Assembly: GCA_025455945.1 (NCBI GenBank)
Contig: JALOLN010000002.1
Location: 1-34,799 of the forward strand
Length of the DNA stretch: 34,799 bases
From: Actinomycetes bacterium
GTDB lineage: Bacteria; Actinomycetota; Actinomycetes; Prado026
Direction of reading: 5' to 3'
The notes under the pieces were generated by a model that was not told the DNA's origin, did no database searches, and saw only the letters and a program-made list of their open reading frames with translations. Positions 19,049 to 27,964 of the stretch are shown piece by piece. Each line of letters opens with the position of its first letter. Position 1 is the first letter of the stretch. Made by a program: the position numbers and the translations under genes.

Positions 19049-22000
19049 TGAAGTACTTCGCCTCCGGGTGGTGGACGACGATCGCCGACGTCGACTGCTC
19101 CGGGTGCAGCTGGAACTCCTCCGACAGGCTGACGCCGATCCGTTCGGGACGCAGCAGCTCCATGACCGTGGCCTGGTCGGCGAGGTCCGGGCAGGCCGGG
19201 TAGCCGAAGGAGTAGCGCGACCCGCGATACCCCTGGCGCAGGATCCCGTCGAGGGTGGGGTCGTCCTCCCCCGCGTAGCCGAGCTCGGCCCGCGCGCGGG
19301 CGTGCCAGTACTCGGCGAGCGCCTCGGCCAGCTGCACCGACAGCCCGTGCAGCTCCACGTAGTCGCGGTAGGCGTCTTTCGCGAACAGCTCCGCCGCCGC
19401 CTCGGACACCCGTCGTCCCATGGTCACCACGGTGAAGCCGACGACGTCGGTCTCCCCCGAGGCCCGGGGCCGGAAGAAGTCGGCCAGGCACAGGTGCCGG
19501 TCGCGGCGCTGCCGCGGGAAGGTGAACCGGCAGCGCTGGCCGCCGTCGTCGTCCAGGACCACGAGGTCGTCCCCCTCGCTCACCGCCGGGAACCAGCCGT
19601 AGACCACGCCGGCCTCGAGCAGCCCCTCGGTCTGCAGCCGGTCCAGCCAGGCCCGCAGCCGGGGCCGCCCCTCGGACTCGACGAGCTCCTCGTACGACGC
19701 GCCGCCCTCGCCGCGGCCGGGCCGCAGCCCCCACTGGCCGAGGAACAGGGCCCGCTCGTCGAGGTAGGCGGCGTAGTCGGCCAGCGCGATGCCCTTGACG
19801 ACGCGGTCGCCCCAGAACGGCGGGACCGGCACGGGGTTGTCCGTGGCGACGTCCGATCGGGTCGGCAGCGGGCCGGCGAGCGCCGCCGTCCGCGCCGCCG
19901 CCCGGACCAGCCGCTCCTTCCGCGGCGGCAGCGCCGGCCCCGGCAGCCCGCGCCGGTGCGCGACCAGGGCGTCCATCAGCCGCAGCCCCTCGAAGGCGTC
20001 GCGGGCGTAGCGCACCTCCCCCGGGAAGGCCTCCGCGAGGTCGTGCTCGACGAAGGACCGGGTCAGCGCCGCCCCGCCCAGCAGCACCGGCCAGCGACCG
20101 GCCAGCCCGCGCTGGGTGAGCTCCTCGAGGTTCTCCTTCATGACCAGCGTGGACTTCACGAGCAGCCCGGACATCCCGATGACGTCGGCGTCGTTCTCCG
20201 CCGCGGCGTCGATGATCGCGCTCACCGGCTGCTTGATGCCGAGGTTGACGACCGTGTAGCCGTTGTTGCTGAGGATGATGTCCACGAGGTTCTTGCCGAT
20301 GTCGTGGACGTCGCCCTTCACCGTGGCGAGCACGATGGTGCCCTTGCCGGGCTCGCCCTCGACCCGGTCCATGTGCGGCTCGAGGTGGGCGACCGCGGCC
20401 TTCATCACCTCGGCCGACTGCAGGACGAAGGGCAGCTGCATCTGCCCGGAGCCGAACAGCTCGCCGACGGTGCGCATGCCCGCCAGCAGGGTGTCGTTGA
20501 CGATGTCGAGCGCGGGCCGGGTCTGCAGGGCGGCGTCGAGGTCCGCCTCCAGCCCGGCCCGCTCGCCGTCGACGATGCGGCGCTGCAGCCGCTCGGTCAG
20601 GGGCAGCCCGGCCAGCTCCTCGGCACGGGACTGCCGCAGCGCCGCGGCGTCCACCCCCTCGAACAGCGCCAGGAAGCGCTGCAGGGGGTCGTGGCCGGGG
20701 CCGCGCCGGTCGTGCACGAGGTCGAGCGCCACCTGCAGCTGCTCGTCCGGGATCCGCGCCGTGGGCAGGATGCGCGAGGGGTGGACGATCGCGGAGTCCA
20801 GACCCGCCTTCACCGCCTCGGCCAGGAAGACCGAGTTGAGCACCTGGCGGGCCGCGGGGTTGAGCCCGAAGGACACGTTGGAGACGCCGAGGGTGGTCTG
20901 GACCTCGGGATGGCGGCGCTTGATCTCCCGGATCGCCGCGAGCGTCTCGACCGCGTCCCGGCGGGTCTCCTCCTGCCCGGTGGCGATAGGGAAGGTCAGG
21001 CAGTCGACGACGACGTCCGAGGTGCGCAGCCCCCATCGCCGGGTGAGGTCGCCGATGAGCCGCTCGGCGACGGCCACCTTCCACTCCGCCGTGCGCGCCT
21101 GCCCCTGCTCGTCGATGGTCAGCGCCACGACGGCCGCCCCGTGCTCGGCGACCAGGGGCATGATGCGGGCGAACCGCGACCCCGGTCCGTCGCCGTCCTC
21201 GTAGTTCACCGAGTTGACCACCGCACGGCCGCCCAGCATCTCCAGGCCCGCCTCGATGACCGCGGGCTCGGTGGAGTCGAGCACCAGCGGCAGCGTCGAT
21301 GCCGTCGCGAACCGGCCGGCCATCTCGCGCATGTCCGCGACGCCGTCCCGGCCGACGTAGTCCACGCAGACGTCGAGCAGGTGCGCCCCGTCACGGATCT
21401 GCTCCCGGGCGATCTCGACGCAGTCGTCGAGCCGGCCCTCGAGCATGGCCTCGCGGAAGGCCTTCGAGCCGTTGGCGTTGGTGCGCTCGCCGATCGCGAG
21501 GAACGCGACGTCCTGCCGGAACGGCACGCTCTGGTACAGCGAGGCGACACCGGGCTCGGGCACCGGCCGCCGCCGGACCAGCGCCCGGCCCCGGACCCGG
21601 GCCACGACCTCCCGCAGGTGCTCCGGCGTCGTCCCGCAGCAGCCGCCGACGAGCGACAGCCCGTACTCGCGGGTGAAGAGGTCGTGCGCGTCCGCCAGCT
21701 GGGCGGGGGTGAGCGGGTAGACCGCGCCGTCCGCGCCCAGCTCGGGCAGCCCGGCGTTGGGCATGCAGCTGAGCAGGGTCCGGGCGTGCTTGGCGAGGTG
21801 GCGCAGGTGCTCGCTCATCTCGGCGGGCCCGGTGGCGCAGTTCAGCCCGATGCCGTCGACGCCCAGCGGCTCCAGCGCCGTCAGCGCGGCACCGATCTCG
21901 GTGCCGAGCAGCATCGTGCCGGTCGTCTCGACGGTGACCTGGACGAGGACCGGGAGGTCGACACCCGCGGCCTCCAGCGCGCGCTGGGCCCCGATCACGG

Positions 22001-22523
22001 CCGCCTTGGCCTGGAGCAGGTCCTGCGCGGTCTCGACGAGCACCGCGTCGACCCCGCCCTCGACGAGCCCGCTCACCTGCTCGCGGTAGGCGTCCCGCAG
22101 GGCGCGGAAGGGCACGTGTCCCAGCGTCGGCAGCTTGGTGCCCGGGCCGACCGAGCCCAGCACCCACCGCGGGCGGCCCGGTGACGCGGCGGCGTCCGCT
22201 GCCACGCGCGCCACCCGGGCTCCCGCGACCGAGAGCTCCCGGATCCGCCCGGCGATGCCGTACTCGCCGAGGTTGGCCAGGTTCGCACCGAAGGTGTTCG
22301 TCTCGATGCAGTCCACCCCGACCTCGAGGTAGGCCTCGTGGACGGCGCGGACGACGTCCGGCCGGGTGACGTTGAGGACCTCGTTGCAGCCCTCGTGGCC
22401 CTCGAAGTCGGCGAGGGTCAGCGCATGGGCCTGCAGCATCGTGCCCATGGCGCCGTCGGCGACGACGACCCGCTCGCCGAGCGCTCGGCGCAGTCCGGCC
22501 GGCCCGGCGTCGGTCGCGCTCAT
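19038..22523 (-). CDS. metH: Cobalamin-dependent methionine synthase
   Basis: The track ORF (1394 aa) was trimmed to ATG 22523, giving 1161 aa. It has an Hcy-binding N-terminus (GAMGTML), a pterin-binding domain, the B12 motif GDVHDIGKN and a C-terminal AdoMet reactivation domain. Confidence 0.93.
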   Translation of the reverse strand: MSATDAGPAGLRRALGERVVVADGAMGTMLQAHALTLADFEGHEGCNEVLNVTRPDVVRAVHEAYLEVGVDCIETNTFGANLANLGEYGIAGRIRELSVAGARVARVAADAAASPGRPRWVLGSVGPGTKLPTLGHVPFRALRDAYREQVSGLVEGGVDAVLVETAQDLLQAKAAVIGAQRALEAAGVDLPVLVQVTVETTGTMLLGTEIGAALTALEPLGVDGIGLNCATGPAEMSEHLRHLAKHARTLLSCMPNAGLPELGADGAVYPLTPAQLADAHDLFTREYGLSLVGGCCGTTPEHLREVVARVRGRALVRRRPVPEPGVASLYQSVPFRQDVAFLAIGERTNANGSKAFREAMLEGRLDDCVEIAREQIRDGAHLLDVCVDYVGRDGVADMREMAGRFATASTLPLVLDSTEPAVIEAGLEMLGGRAVVNSVNYEDGDGPGSRFARIMPLVAEHGAAVVALTIDEQGQARTAEWKVAVAERLIGDLTRRWGLRTSDVVVDCLTFPIATGQEETRRDAVETLAAIREIKRRHPEVQTTLGVSNVSFGLNPAARQVLNSVFLAEAVKAGLDSAIVHPSRILPTARIPDEQLQVALDLVHDRRGPGHDPLQRFLALFEGVDAAALRQSRAEELAGLPLTERLQRRIVDGERAGLEADLDAALQTRPALDIVNDTLLAGMRTVGELFGSGQMQLPFVLQSAEVMKAAVAHLEPHMDRVEGEPGKGTIVLATVKGDVHDIGKNLVDIILSNNGYTVVNLGIKQPVSAIIDAAAENDADVIGMSGLLVKSTLVMKENLEELTQRGLAGRWPVLLGGAALTRSFVEHDLAEAFPGEVRYARDAFEGLRLMDALVAHRRGLPGPALPPRKERLVRAAARTAALAGPLPTRSDVATDNPVPVPPFWGDRVVKGIALADYAAYLDERALFLGQWGLRPGRGEGGASYEELVESEGRPRLRAWLDRLQTEGLLEAGVVYGWFPAVSEGDDLVVLDDDGGQRCRFTFPRQRRDRHLCLADFFRPRASGETDVVGFTVVTMGRRVSEAAAELFAKDAYRDYVELHGLSVQLAEALAEYWHARARAELGYAGEDDPTLDGILRQGYRGSRYSFGYPACPDLADQATVMELLRPERIGVSLSEEFQLHPEQSTSAIVVHHPEAKYFNAR

Positions 22524-22593
22524 GATGCACCGAGGGTACCCGGCGCGGCCGGCTCTCCGTCCCGCTGCACGACGTAGGCTGGAGCCCTGCGCA

Positions 22594-22615
22594 GGCGCCG
22601 ACGAGGGTCGGCGCC
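22594..22615 (+). other. Perfect 9-bp stem / 4-nt loop hairpin in the metH-PAC2 divergent spacer
   Basis: The sequence is GGCGCCGAC-gagg-GTCGGCGCC. It lies downstream of a TAGGCT box (22575-22580) and upstream of the SD GGAGGAGG (22636-22643). Confidence 0.5.
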
Positions 22616-22649
22616 GGTGGGCGTGGTGTCGGGCTGGAGGAGGCGGCGG

Positions 22650-23501
22650 GTGATCGAGCTCGACGGGGTGCCCGAGCTGGTCGACCCGGTGCTCGTGGCC
22701 GCGTTCGAGGGATGGAACGACGCCGGCGACGCCTCGACTGATGCGCTGGAGCACCTCGAGAGAGTGTGGGGCGCGGAGCCGCTCGGTGAGCTGGACCCCG
22801 AGGAGTACTACGACTTCCAGGTGAACCGGCCCCAGGTGTCGGTCGGCGCCGACGGGCGCCGGCACATCGCCTGGCCCACGACACGGCTGGCCGTCGCCCG
22901 CCTGCCGCTCCCCCGCCGCGACGTGGTCCTGCTCCGCGGCATCGAGCCCAGCATGAGGTGGCGCACGTTCTGCAGGGAGGTCCTGGACGTGGCCGCGGAC
23001 CTCGGCGTGGAGACCGTCGTCACCCTCGGCGCGCTGCTCGCCGACACCCCGCACACCCGGCCGATCCCCATCACCGGGACGGCCACCGACGCCGTGGCGG
23101 CCCGCCGGCTGGGGTTCGAGCGGTCGACGTACGAGGGACCGACCGGGATCGTCGGCGTCCTGCAGAGCGCCTGCGAGCGCGCCGGGCTGCCCGCGGTGTC
23201 GCTGTGGGCCGCCGTCCCGCACTACGTCAGCCAGCCGCCGTGCCCCAAGGCCACCTTGGCGCTGTTGCGCCGGGTGGAGGACCTGCTCGACATCCCCGTC
23301 CCGCTCGGTGACCTCGTCGAGGAGGCGCGGGCCTGGGAGCGCGGCGTCGACGAGCTGGCCGAGGAGGACGAGGAGGTCGCCGAGTACGTCCGGGCGCTGG
23401 AGGACGCGCGCGACACCGCGGACCTGCCGGAGGCCAGCGGCGACGCGATCGCGCGGGAGTTCGAGCGCTACCTCAAACGCCGCGACGACCCGGCTGGGTG
23501 A
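22650..23501 (+). CDS. PAC2 (proteasome assembly chaperone 2-like) family protein, Rv2125-like
   Basis: The N-terminus reads VIELDGVPELVDPVLVAAFEGWNDAGDAS. GTG 22650 is preferred because the SD GGAGGAGG lies 6 nt upstream. The track start 22617 is in frame and remains possible. Confidence 0.8.
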   Translation: MIELDGVPELVDPVLVAAFEGWNDAGDASTDALEHLERVWGAEPLGELDPEEYYDFQVNRPQVSVGADGRRHIAWPTTRLAVARLPLPRRDVVLLRGIEPSMRWRTFCREVLDVAADLGVETVVTLGALLADTPHTRPIPITGTATDAVAARRLGFERSTYEGPTGIVGVLQSACERAGLPAVSLWAAVPHYVSQPPCPKATLALLRRVEDLLDIPVPLGDLVEEARAWERGVDELAEEDEEVAEYVRALEDARDTADLPEASGDAIAREFERYLKRRDDPAG

Positions 23502-23508
23502 GCACGGG

Positions 23509-24735
23509 TCACAGGGGGACGCCGAGGAGGGCGTCGACGGTGGCCCGGACGAGGGCCGGGGCGCGGTCGTCCCGGCCGCCCCGCAGCCGGACCTCCTCCG
23601 CCCACCGGTCCACCGCCCGCAGCGCGCCCGGGGCGTCGAGGTCGTCGGCGAGCCGCTCGCGGACGGCGGCGAGCAAAGGTCCGGCGTCCGGGCCCGCCGG
23701 CGCGGCGACCGCCGACCGCCAGGCCGCGAGCCGCCGTCGGGCGGTGTCGAGGTCGGCGCCGGTCCACTCCCAGTCGGCGCGGTAGTGGTGGGCCAGCAGG
23801 GCCAGCCGGACGGCGCCCGGCTCCTCGCCCTGCTCGCGCAGCCGGGAGACGAAGACCAGGTTGCCGCGGGACTTGGACATCTTCTCGCCGTCGAGGCCGA
23901 CCAGACCGGCGTGGACGTAGTGCCGGGCGTACGGCCACTCCCCCGTGACGACGTGGGCCTGCGCGGCGCCCATCTCGTGGTGGGGGAAGACCAGGTCCCG
24001 GCCGCCGCCCTGCACGTCGAGGGGACCGCCGAGGTGGTGCAGCGCGATCGCGGTGCACTCGATGTGCCAGCCGGGCCGGCCGTGGCCGAGTGAGGAGTCC
24101 CACGCCGGCTCGTCGGGCCGGGCGGTCTGCCACAGCAGGCAGTCCAGGGGGTCCTTCTTGCCCGGCCGGTCCGGGTCGCCCCCGCGTTCGGCGAACAACG
24201 CCAGCATCTGGTCCCGGTCCAGCCCCGAGACCGCCCCGAAGCGGGGGTCGGCGTGCACCGGGAAGTAGAGGTCGCCCGCCACCTCGTAGGCGTTCCCCGC
24301 GGCCTTGAGCCGCTCGATGAGCTCGACGACGAGGGGGATCGCCTCCACGGCGCCCACGTAGTGCTCGGGGGGCAGAACGCGCAGCGCGGTCATGTCGGCC
24401 CGGAATAGCTCGGTCTCGCGGGCGGCGATCTCCCGCCAGTCCTGGCCGGTGGCGACGGCCCGTTCGAGCAGCGGGTCGTCGACGTCGGTGACGTTCTGCA
24501 CGTAGTGGACGCGGTGACCGGCGTCCCGCCAGACCCGGTTCACCAGGTCGAAGGTGAGGTAGGTGGCCGCGTGGCCGAGATGGGTCGCGTCATAGGGCGT
24601 GATGCCGCACACGTACATGCGCGCGTCCCGACCGGCCGCGACCGGCCGCACCTCCCCGGTCGCGGTGTCGTGCAGGCGCAGCGGCTGACCGGCTCCGGGC
24701 AGGCTGGGGACGTCGACCGCGCGCCAGGACTCCAC
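23509..24735 (-). CDS. mshC: L-cysteine:1D-myo-inositol 2-amino-2-deoxy-alpha-D-glucopyranoside ligase (mycothiol ligase)
   Basis: 408 aa. It is CysRS-like ([28 protein letters not shown]) but of MshC length. It is similar throughout to the mycobacterial MshC sequence as I recall it. Confidence 0.88.
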   Translation of the reverse strand: MESWRAVDVPSLPGAGQPLRLHDTATGEVRPVAAGRDARMYVCGITPYDATHLGHAATYLTFDLVNRVWRDAGHRVHYVQNVTDVDDPLLERAVATGQDWREIAARETELFRADMTALRVLPPEHYVGAVEAIPLVVELIERLKAAGNAYEVAGDLYFPVHADPRFGAVSGLDRDQMLALFAERGGDPDRPGKKDPLDCLLWQTARPDEPAWDSSLGHGRPGWHIECTAIALHHLGGPLDVQGGGRDLVFPHHEMGAAQAHVVTGEWPYARHYVHAGLVGLDGEKMSKSRGNLVFVSRLREQGEEPGAVRLALLAHHYRADWEWTGADLDTARRRLAAWRSAVAAPAGPDAGPLLAAVRERLADDLDAPGALRAVDRWAEEVRLRGGRDDRAPALVRATVDALLGVPL

Positions 24736-24741
24736 GGGGTG

Positions 24742-24747
24742 AGCCTA
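24742..24747 (-). promoter_or_regulatory. Candidate -10 box (TAGGCT), 6 nt upstream of the mshC GTG (leaderless)
   Basis: The minus strand reads caccgTAGGCTcaccccGTG, immediately after the upstream gene's stop. Confidence 0.35.
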
Positions 24748-24762
24748 CGGTGCCCCGCCGGG

Positions 24763-25503
24763 TCAGAAGGGCGGCCAGGGGATGGCCGGCCACTCCCCCG
24801 ACGGCAGGGGGTGCAGCCCCGTCCTGAGCAGCGACCGGACCCGGTCGTGGGTCGCCGCGACCTCGCGCCGGGAGAGGAGGCGGCGCAGGCGCTCACCGAG
24901 CTCGTCGGACAGCGCCGCGTCGAGGCGCCGCAGCACGTCGAGGGCCTCCTCCGTGAGCGGCTCGCCGCGCCACTGCCACAGCAGCGTGCGCAGCTTGTCC
25001 TCGGTGGCGAAGCACACCCCGTGGTCGATGCCGTAGACCCGGCCGGAGGGCACCGGCAGCAGGTGGCTGCCCTTGCGGTCGCCGTTGTTGACCACGGCGT
25101 CCAGGACGGCGATGCGCCGCAGGTCCACGGTGTCGCTGCGGACCAGCGCGAAGAGGTCGACCGTCTCGTCGGCCTCCAGCCACAGCTGGGTCATGCCGGG
25201 GCCGTAGGGGCCGTCCCGCAGCACGGTCGGCGGGACCAGGTCCCACCCGGTCGCGGCCGAGACCGCGTACGTGGCGACCTCCCGGAACGCCAGGGTGCCG
25301 TCGGGGAAGTCCCACAGCGGGCGCTCCCCCGCGACGGGCTTGTGCACGCAGGTGGCGGTCACGCCGTCGAGGGTCACCGTGCAGTACAAGGTGGCGTTCG
25401 ACGCGTCGACCAGCCGTCCCTCGACATGGATCTCCCCGTGCGCCAGCAGCGCCAGCGCCGCCTCGGCGGCCGGCTCGTCCAGCGGCGGGGCGAACGGGCT
25501 CAC
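24763..25503 (-). CDS. SCO1664-family protein (PI3/4-kinase-like catalytic motifs), function unknown
   Basis: The track ORF was trimmed to GTG 25503, giving 246 aa. NNGDRKGSHLL resembles the GDRHxxN catalytic loop and YGIDHGVCF resembles IDFG. It is the third gene of the conserved actinobacterial trio. Confidence 0.75.
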   Translation of the reverse strand: MSPFAPPLDEPAAEAALALLAHGEIHVEGRLVDASNATLYCTVTLDGVTATCVHKPVAGERPLWDFPDGTLAFREVATYAVSAATGWDLVPPTVLRDGPYGPGMTQLWLEADETVDLFALVRSDTVDLRRIAVLDAVVNNGDRKGSHLLPVPSGRVYGIDHGVCFATEDKLRTLLWQWRGEPLTEEALDVLRRLDAALSDELGERLRRLLSRREVAATHDRVRSLLRTGLHPLPSGEWPAIPWPPF

Positions 25504-25522
25504 GGCACCAGTGTGCGGGAGG

Positions 25523-26104
25523 TCAGCGGCGGCGGTAGCCGTTCTGCCGGGGGCAGACGTGCCCGGCGGGGTCCAGCGGGAGCGTGCAGAACGGGCACGG
25601 CGGCCGGCCCGCACGGACGACGGCGAGCGCCCGCTGGACGAACGCCCGGGCCATGGCCCCGGTCATCCGCACGGTGACCTGCTGCGGGGACGCGGCGCCG
25701 GTGCCGTCGGCGGCAGCCCCGATGTCGACCTCGGCGTCGCCGTCCGCGTCGGCCGCGAGGTCGGGCCCCCCCGCCTCGACGACCACCCGCTCGGCGTCGG
25801 CGTCCCACGCCAGGGTCAGCGAGGCCACCCGGAAGTCCTCCTCCACGGGGCTGTCCAGCGGGTCGAGGTCGTTCAGCTCCGCCGGCGCGACCGCCGGGAC
25901 GGCCGCGGCGCCCCCCGAACGACGGACCACCTCGTCGAGCATCTCGTCCATCCGCTCCGCGAGCGCCGCCACCTGCTGCTTCTCCAGGGCGACGCTGGCG
26001 ATCCGTCCGCCACCGCGGGCCTGCAGGTAGAACGTGCGCTGCCCTGGCGGGCCGACGGTGCCCGCGACGAACCGCTCCGGCGGGTCGAAGACGAGTCCCG
26101 GCAT
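25523..26104 (-). CDS. DUF3090-family protein with a C-terminal Cys-rich (zinc-ribbon-like) tail
   Basis: 193 aa counted from ATG 26104 (GGAGG just upstream). It reads MPGLVFDPPERFVAGTVGPPGQRTFYLQAR... and ends PPCPFCTLPLDPAGHVCPRQNGY. Confidence 0.78.
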   Translation of the reverse strand: MPGLVFDPPERFVAGTVGPPGQRTFYLQARGGGRIASVALEKQQVAALAERMDEMLDEVVRRSGGAAAVPAVAPAELNDLDPLDSPVEEDFRVASLTLAWDADAERVVVEAGGPDLAADADGDAEVDIGAAADGTGAASPQQVTVRMTGAMARAFVQRALAVVRAGRPPCPFCTLPLDPAGHVCPRQNGYRRR

Positions 26105-26114
26105 GGCCTCCAGC

Positions 26115-26831
26115 CTACGGCTCCGGCGCCGTCCCGCCCGTCGAGGCGGTGCCGGCACCCCCGCCGACGACCGCGTCGCCGGGTGCGCCGCCCCTGCCGG
26201 CCGGGGCGGCGAGCCCGTCCACGGCGCCGCCCACGTCGTTGAGCCGCACGAGGAAGGGGCGTAGCTCGGTGTACCGGACGACGGTCAGCGAAGCCGGGTC
26301 GACCTGGATGCGCTGGAAGTGGTCGAGGTGCAGGCCGAGGGCGTCGGCCACCACCGCCTTGATGACATCGCCGTGGCTGACCGCCACCCACGTGGCGTCC
26401 GCGCCCAGCCGCTCGTTCCAGGCGCGGACCGCCGCCACGGCCCGGGTGGCCATCGCCGCCATCGACTCCGCCCCTGCGCCCGGGAACGTCGCCGCGCTCG
26501 GGTGGGCCTGCACGACCCGCCACAGCGGCTCCTCGGCCAGCTCCTTCAGCTGCCGGCCGGTCCAGTCGCCGTAGCGCACTTCCCCGAGCCGGTCGTCGAC
26601 GTGCTCGGGCGTGCCGTCCCGCCCGGCGAGCAGCGCGGCGGCCGTCTCCCGACAGCGTTCGAGGGGGCTGGTGACGACGGCCGCGACCGGGATCGGCAGC
26701 AGCCGCGCCGCCACCGCGGCCGCCTGCCCCCGGCCGGTCTCGTCGAGGTGCACCCGTGGCGTCCAGCCGGCGAGCAGCCCGTCGACGTTGGCAGTCGTCC
26801 GGCCGTGGCGCACGAGCAACAGCGTGGTCAC
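26115..26831 (-). CDS. Histidine-phosphatase superfamily protein (MSMEG_4193/Rv2135c-type putative phosphomutase/phosphatase)
   Basis: 238 aa with the N-terminal catalytic motif LLLVRHGRTTAN and a later SHGD. GTG start. Confidence 0.82.
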   Translation of the reverse strand: MTTLLLVRHGRTTANVDGLLAGWTPRVHLDETGRGQAAAVAARLLPIPVAAVVTSPLERCRETAAALLAGRDGTPEHVDDRLGEVRYGDWTGRQLKELAEEPLWRVVQAHPSAATFPGAGAESMAAMATRAVAAVRAWNERLGADATWVAVSHGDVIKAVVADALGLHLDHFQRIQVDPASLTVVRYTELRPFLVRLNDVGGAVDGLAAPAGRGGAPGDAVVGGGAGTASTGGTAPEP

Positions 26832-26837
26832 GCGAGA

Positions 26838-26843
26838 AACCTA
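26838..26843 (-). promoter_or_regulatory. Candidate -10 box (TAGGTT), 6 nt upstream of the phosphatase GTG (leaderless)
   Basis: The minus strand reads ggccgTAGGTTtctcgcGTG within the 36-bp spacer shared with divergent corA. Confidence 0.35.
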
Positions 26844-26867
26844 CGGCCGGCAGGCCACAATGGCCCG

Positions 26868-27842
26868 GTGATCGTCGACTGCGCCCTCTATCGGGACGGC
26901 CACCGGGCCGAGGAGACCCGCAACCTCGTCCGGCTCGCCGCCGAGGGCCGGCGCGACCCGTCGGCGTTCGCCTGGATGGGGCTGTTCGAGCCGACCGAGA
27001 ACGACCTGCGCGGCGTGGCCCGGGTGTTCGGCCTGCACCCGCTGGCCGTGGACGACGCCATCCGGGCCCACCAGCGGCCGAAGGTCGACGTGTACGGCGA
27101 CTCGCTGTTCGTCGTCCTGCGGACCCTCACCTACGTCGAGGAGACCTCCGACGTCGAGACCGGGGAGATCGCGGTCTTCCTGGGCAAGGGGTTCGTCGTC
27201 ACCGTCCGGCACGGCGAGGGCAACGACCTGACGGCGGTCCGCACCCGGCTGGAGGCCGAGCCGGAGACGCTGGCGCACGGCCCGGCCGCCGTCCTGTACG
27301 GGGTGGCGGACGCCGTCGTCGACACCTACCTCAGCGTCGCAGCGGATCTGCAGACCGACGTCGACGAGGTCGAGGCCAGCGTCTTCTCCCCCGAGCGCAC
27401 CGACGACTTCGAGCGCATCTACAAGCTCAAGCGCGAGCTGCAGGAGTTCCGGCGGGCGGTGTCGCCGCTCGTTGTCGCCGTCCAGCAGGTGCTGGCGAAC
27501 GGCAGCCCGCTGGTCTCGGAGGGGTCGCGGCCGTTCTTCCGGGACGTGTTCGACCACCTGCTGCGCGTCAACGAGCAGATCGAGTCGATGGACGCCCTGC
27601 TCGCCGGCATCCTGCAGGCGCACCTCGCCCAGGTCGGACTCCGGCAGAACGAGGACATGCGGCGGATCTCGGCGTGGGTGGCGATCGCCGCCGTCCCGAC
27701 GATGATCGCCGGCGTGTACGGGATGAACTTCGACCACATGCCCGAGCTGGGCTGGTCGTTCGGCTACCCGCTCATCGTCGGGATCATGCTCGGCGCCTGC
27801 ACGGCGCTGTACCGCTACTTCCGGCACAGCGGCTGGCTCTGA
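26868..27842 (+). CDS. corA: Magnesium/cobalt transporter CorA
   Basis: The track ORF (507 aa) was trimmed to GTG 26868, giving 324 aa. It has the YGMNF (GMN) motif followed by the last TM helix and a soluble N-terminal domain. Confidence 0.88.
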   Translation: MIVDCALYRDGHRAEETRNLVRLAAEGRRDPSAFAWMGLFEPTENDLRGVARVFGLHPLAVDDAIRAHQRPKVDVYGDSLFVVLRTLTYVEETSDVETGEIAVFLGKGFVVTVRHGEGNDLTAVRTRLEAEPETLAHGPAAVLYGVADAVVDTYLSVAADLQTDVDEVEASVFSPERTDDFERIYKLKRELQEFRRAVSPLVVAVQQVLANGSPLVSEGSRPFFRDVFDHLLRVNEQIESMDALLAGILQAHLAQVGLRQNEDMRRISAWVAIAAVPTMIAGVYGMNFDHMPELGWSFGYPLIVGIMLGACTALYRYFRHSGWL

Positions 27843-27878
27843 CGCCGTCCGCGCCGTCCGCCCCCGCCCCCCTCGCTC

Positions 27879-27940
27879 GTTGATCATCGGGTAGTCGGGC
27901 TCATTCGCGCCTGAGAAGCCCGATCTGACGATGATCAACG
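27879..27940. repeat. 62-bp palindromic repeat, copy A (12-bp perfect terminal inverted repeats GTTGATCATCGG / CGATGATCAACG)
   Basis: Lies between the convergent stops of corA and the DUF559 gene. It has an outer 11-bp stem plus an inner 7-bp stem (TCGGGCT/AGCCCGA). Ungapped identity to copy B is 45/62. The right arm AGCCCGATCTGNCGATGATCAACG is 23/24 identical. Confidence 0.85.
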
Positions 27941-27964
27941 CACAGGGGCCGGGGAGGCTGGGCG

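Noticed and set aside
14829-22184. A 2451-aa plus-strand ORF spanning the nuclease 3' end, the ABC transporter, the HAD gene and most of metH.
   Set aside because: Its translation is Arg/Pro/Gly/Ala-rich low-complexity sequence. It runs out of frame or antisense through several genes with clear family motifs. It is a typical stop-codon-poor shadow frame of a >70% GC genome. The same applies to 12063-14552, 15028-17064, 18511-21084, 3688-5466, 105-1442, 7289-8869 and similar track entries.
22524-22616. A possible riboswitch (SAM/SAH/B12) upstream of metH.
   Set aside because: The spacer is only 93 nt and is shared with the divergent PAC2 promoter. A TACCCT box sits 9 nt from the metH ATG, implying an almost leaderless mRNA. 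I recognise no riboswitch consensus.
26832-26867. An M-box or other Mg2+-sensing leader upstream of corA.
   Set aside because: Only 36 bp separate corA from the divergent phosphatase gene, which is far too short for such an element.
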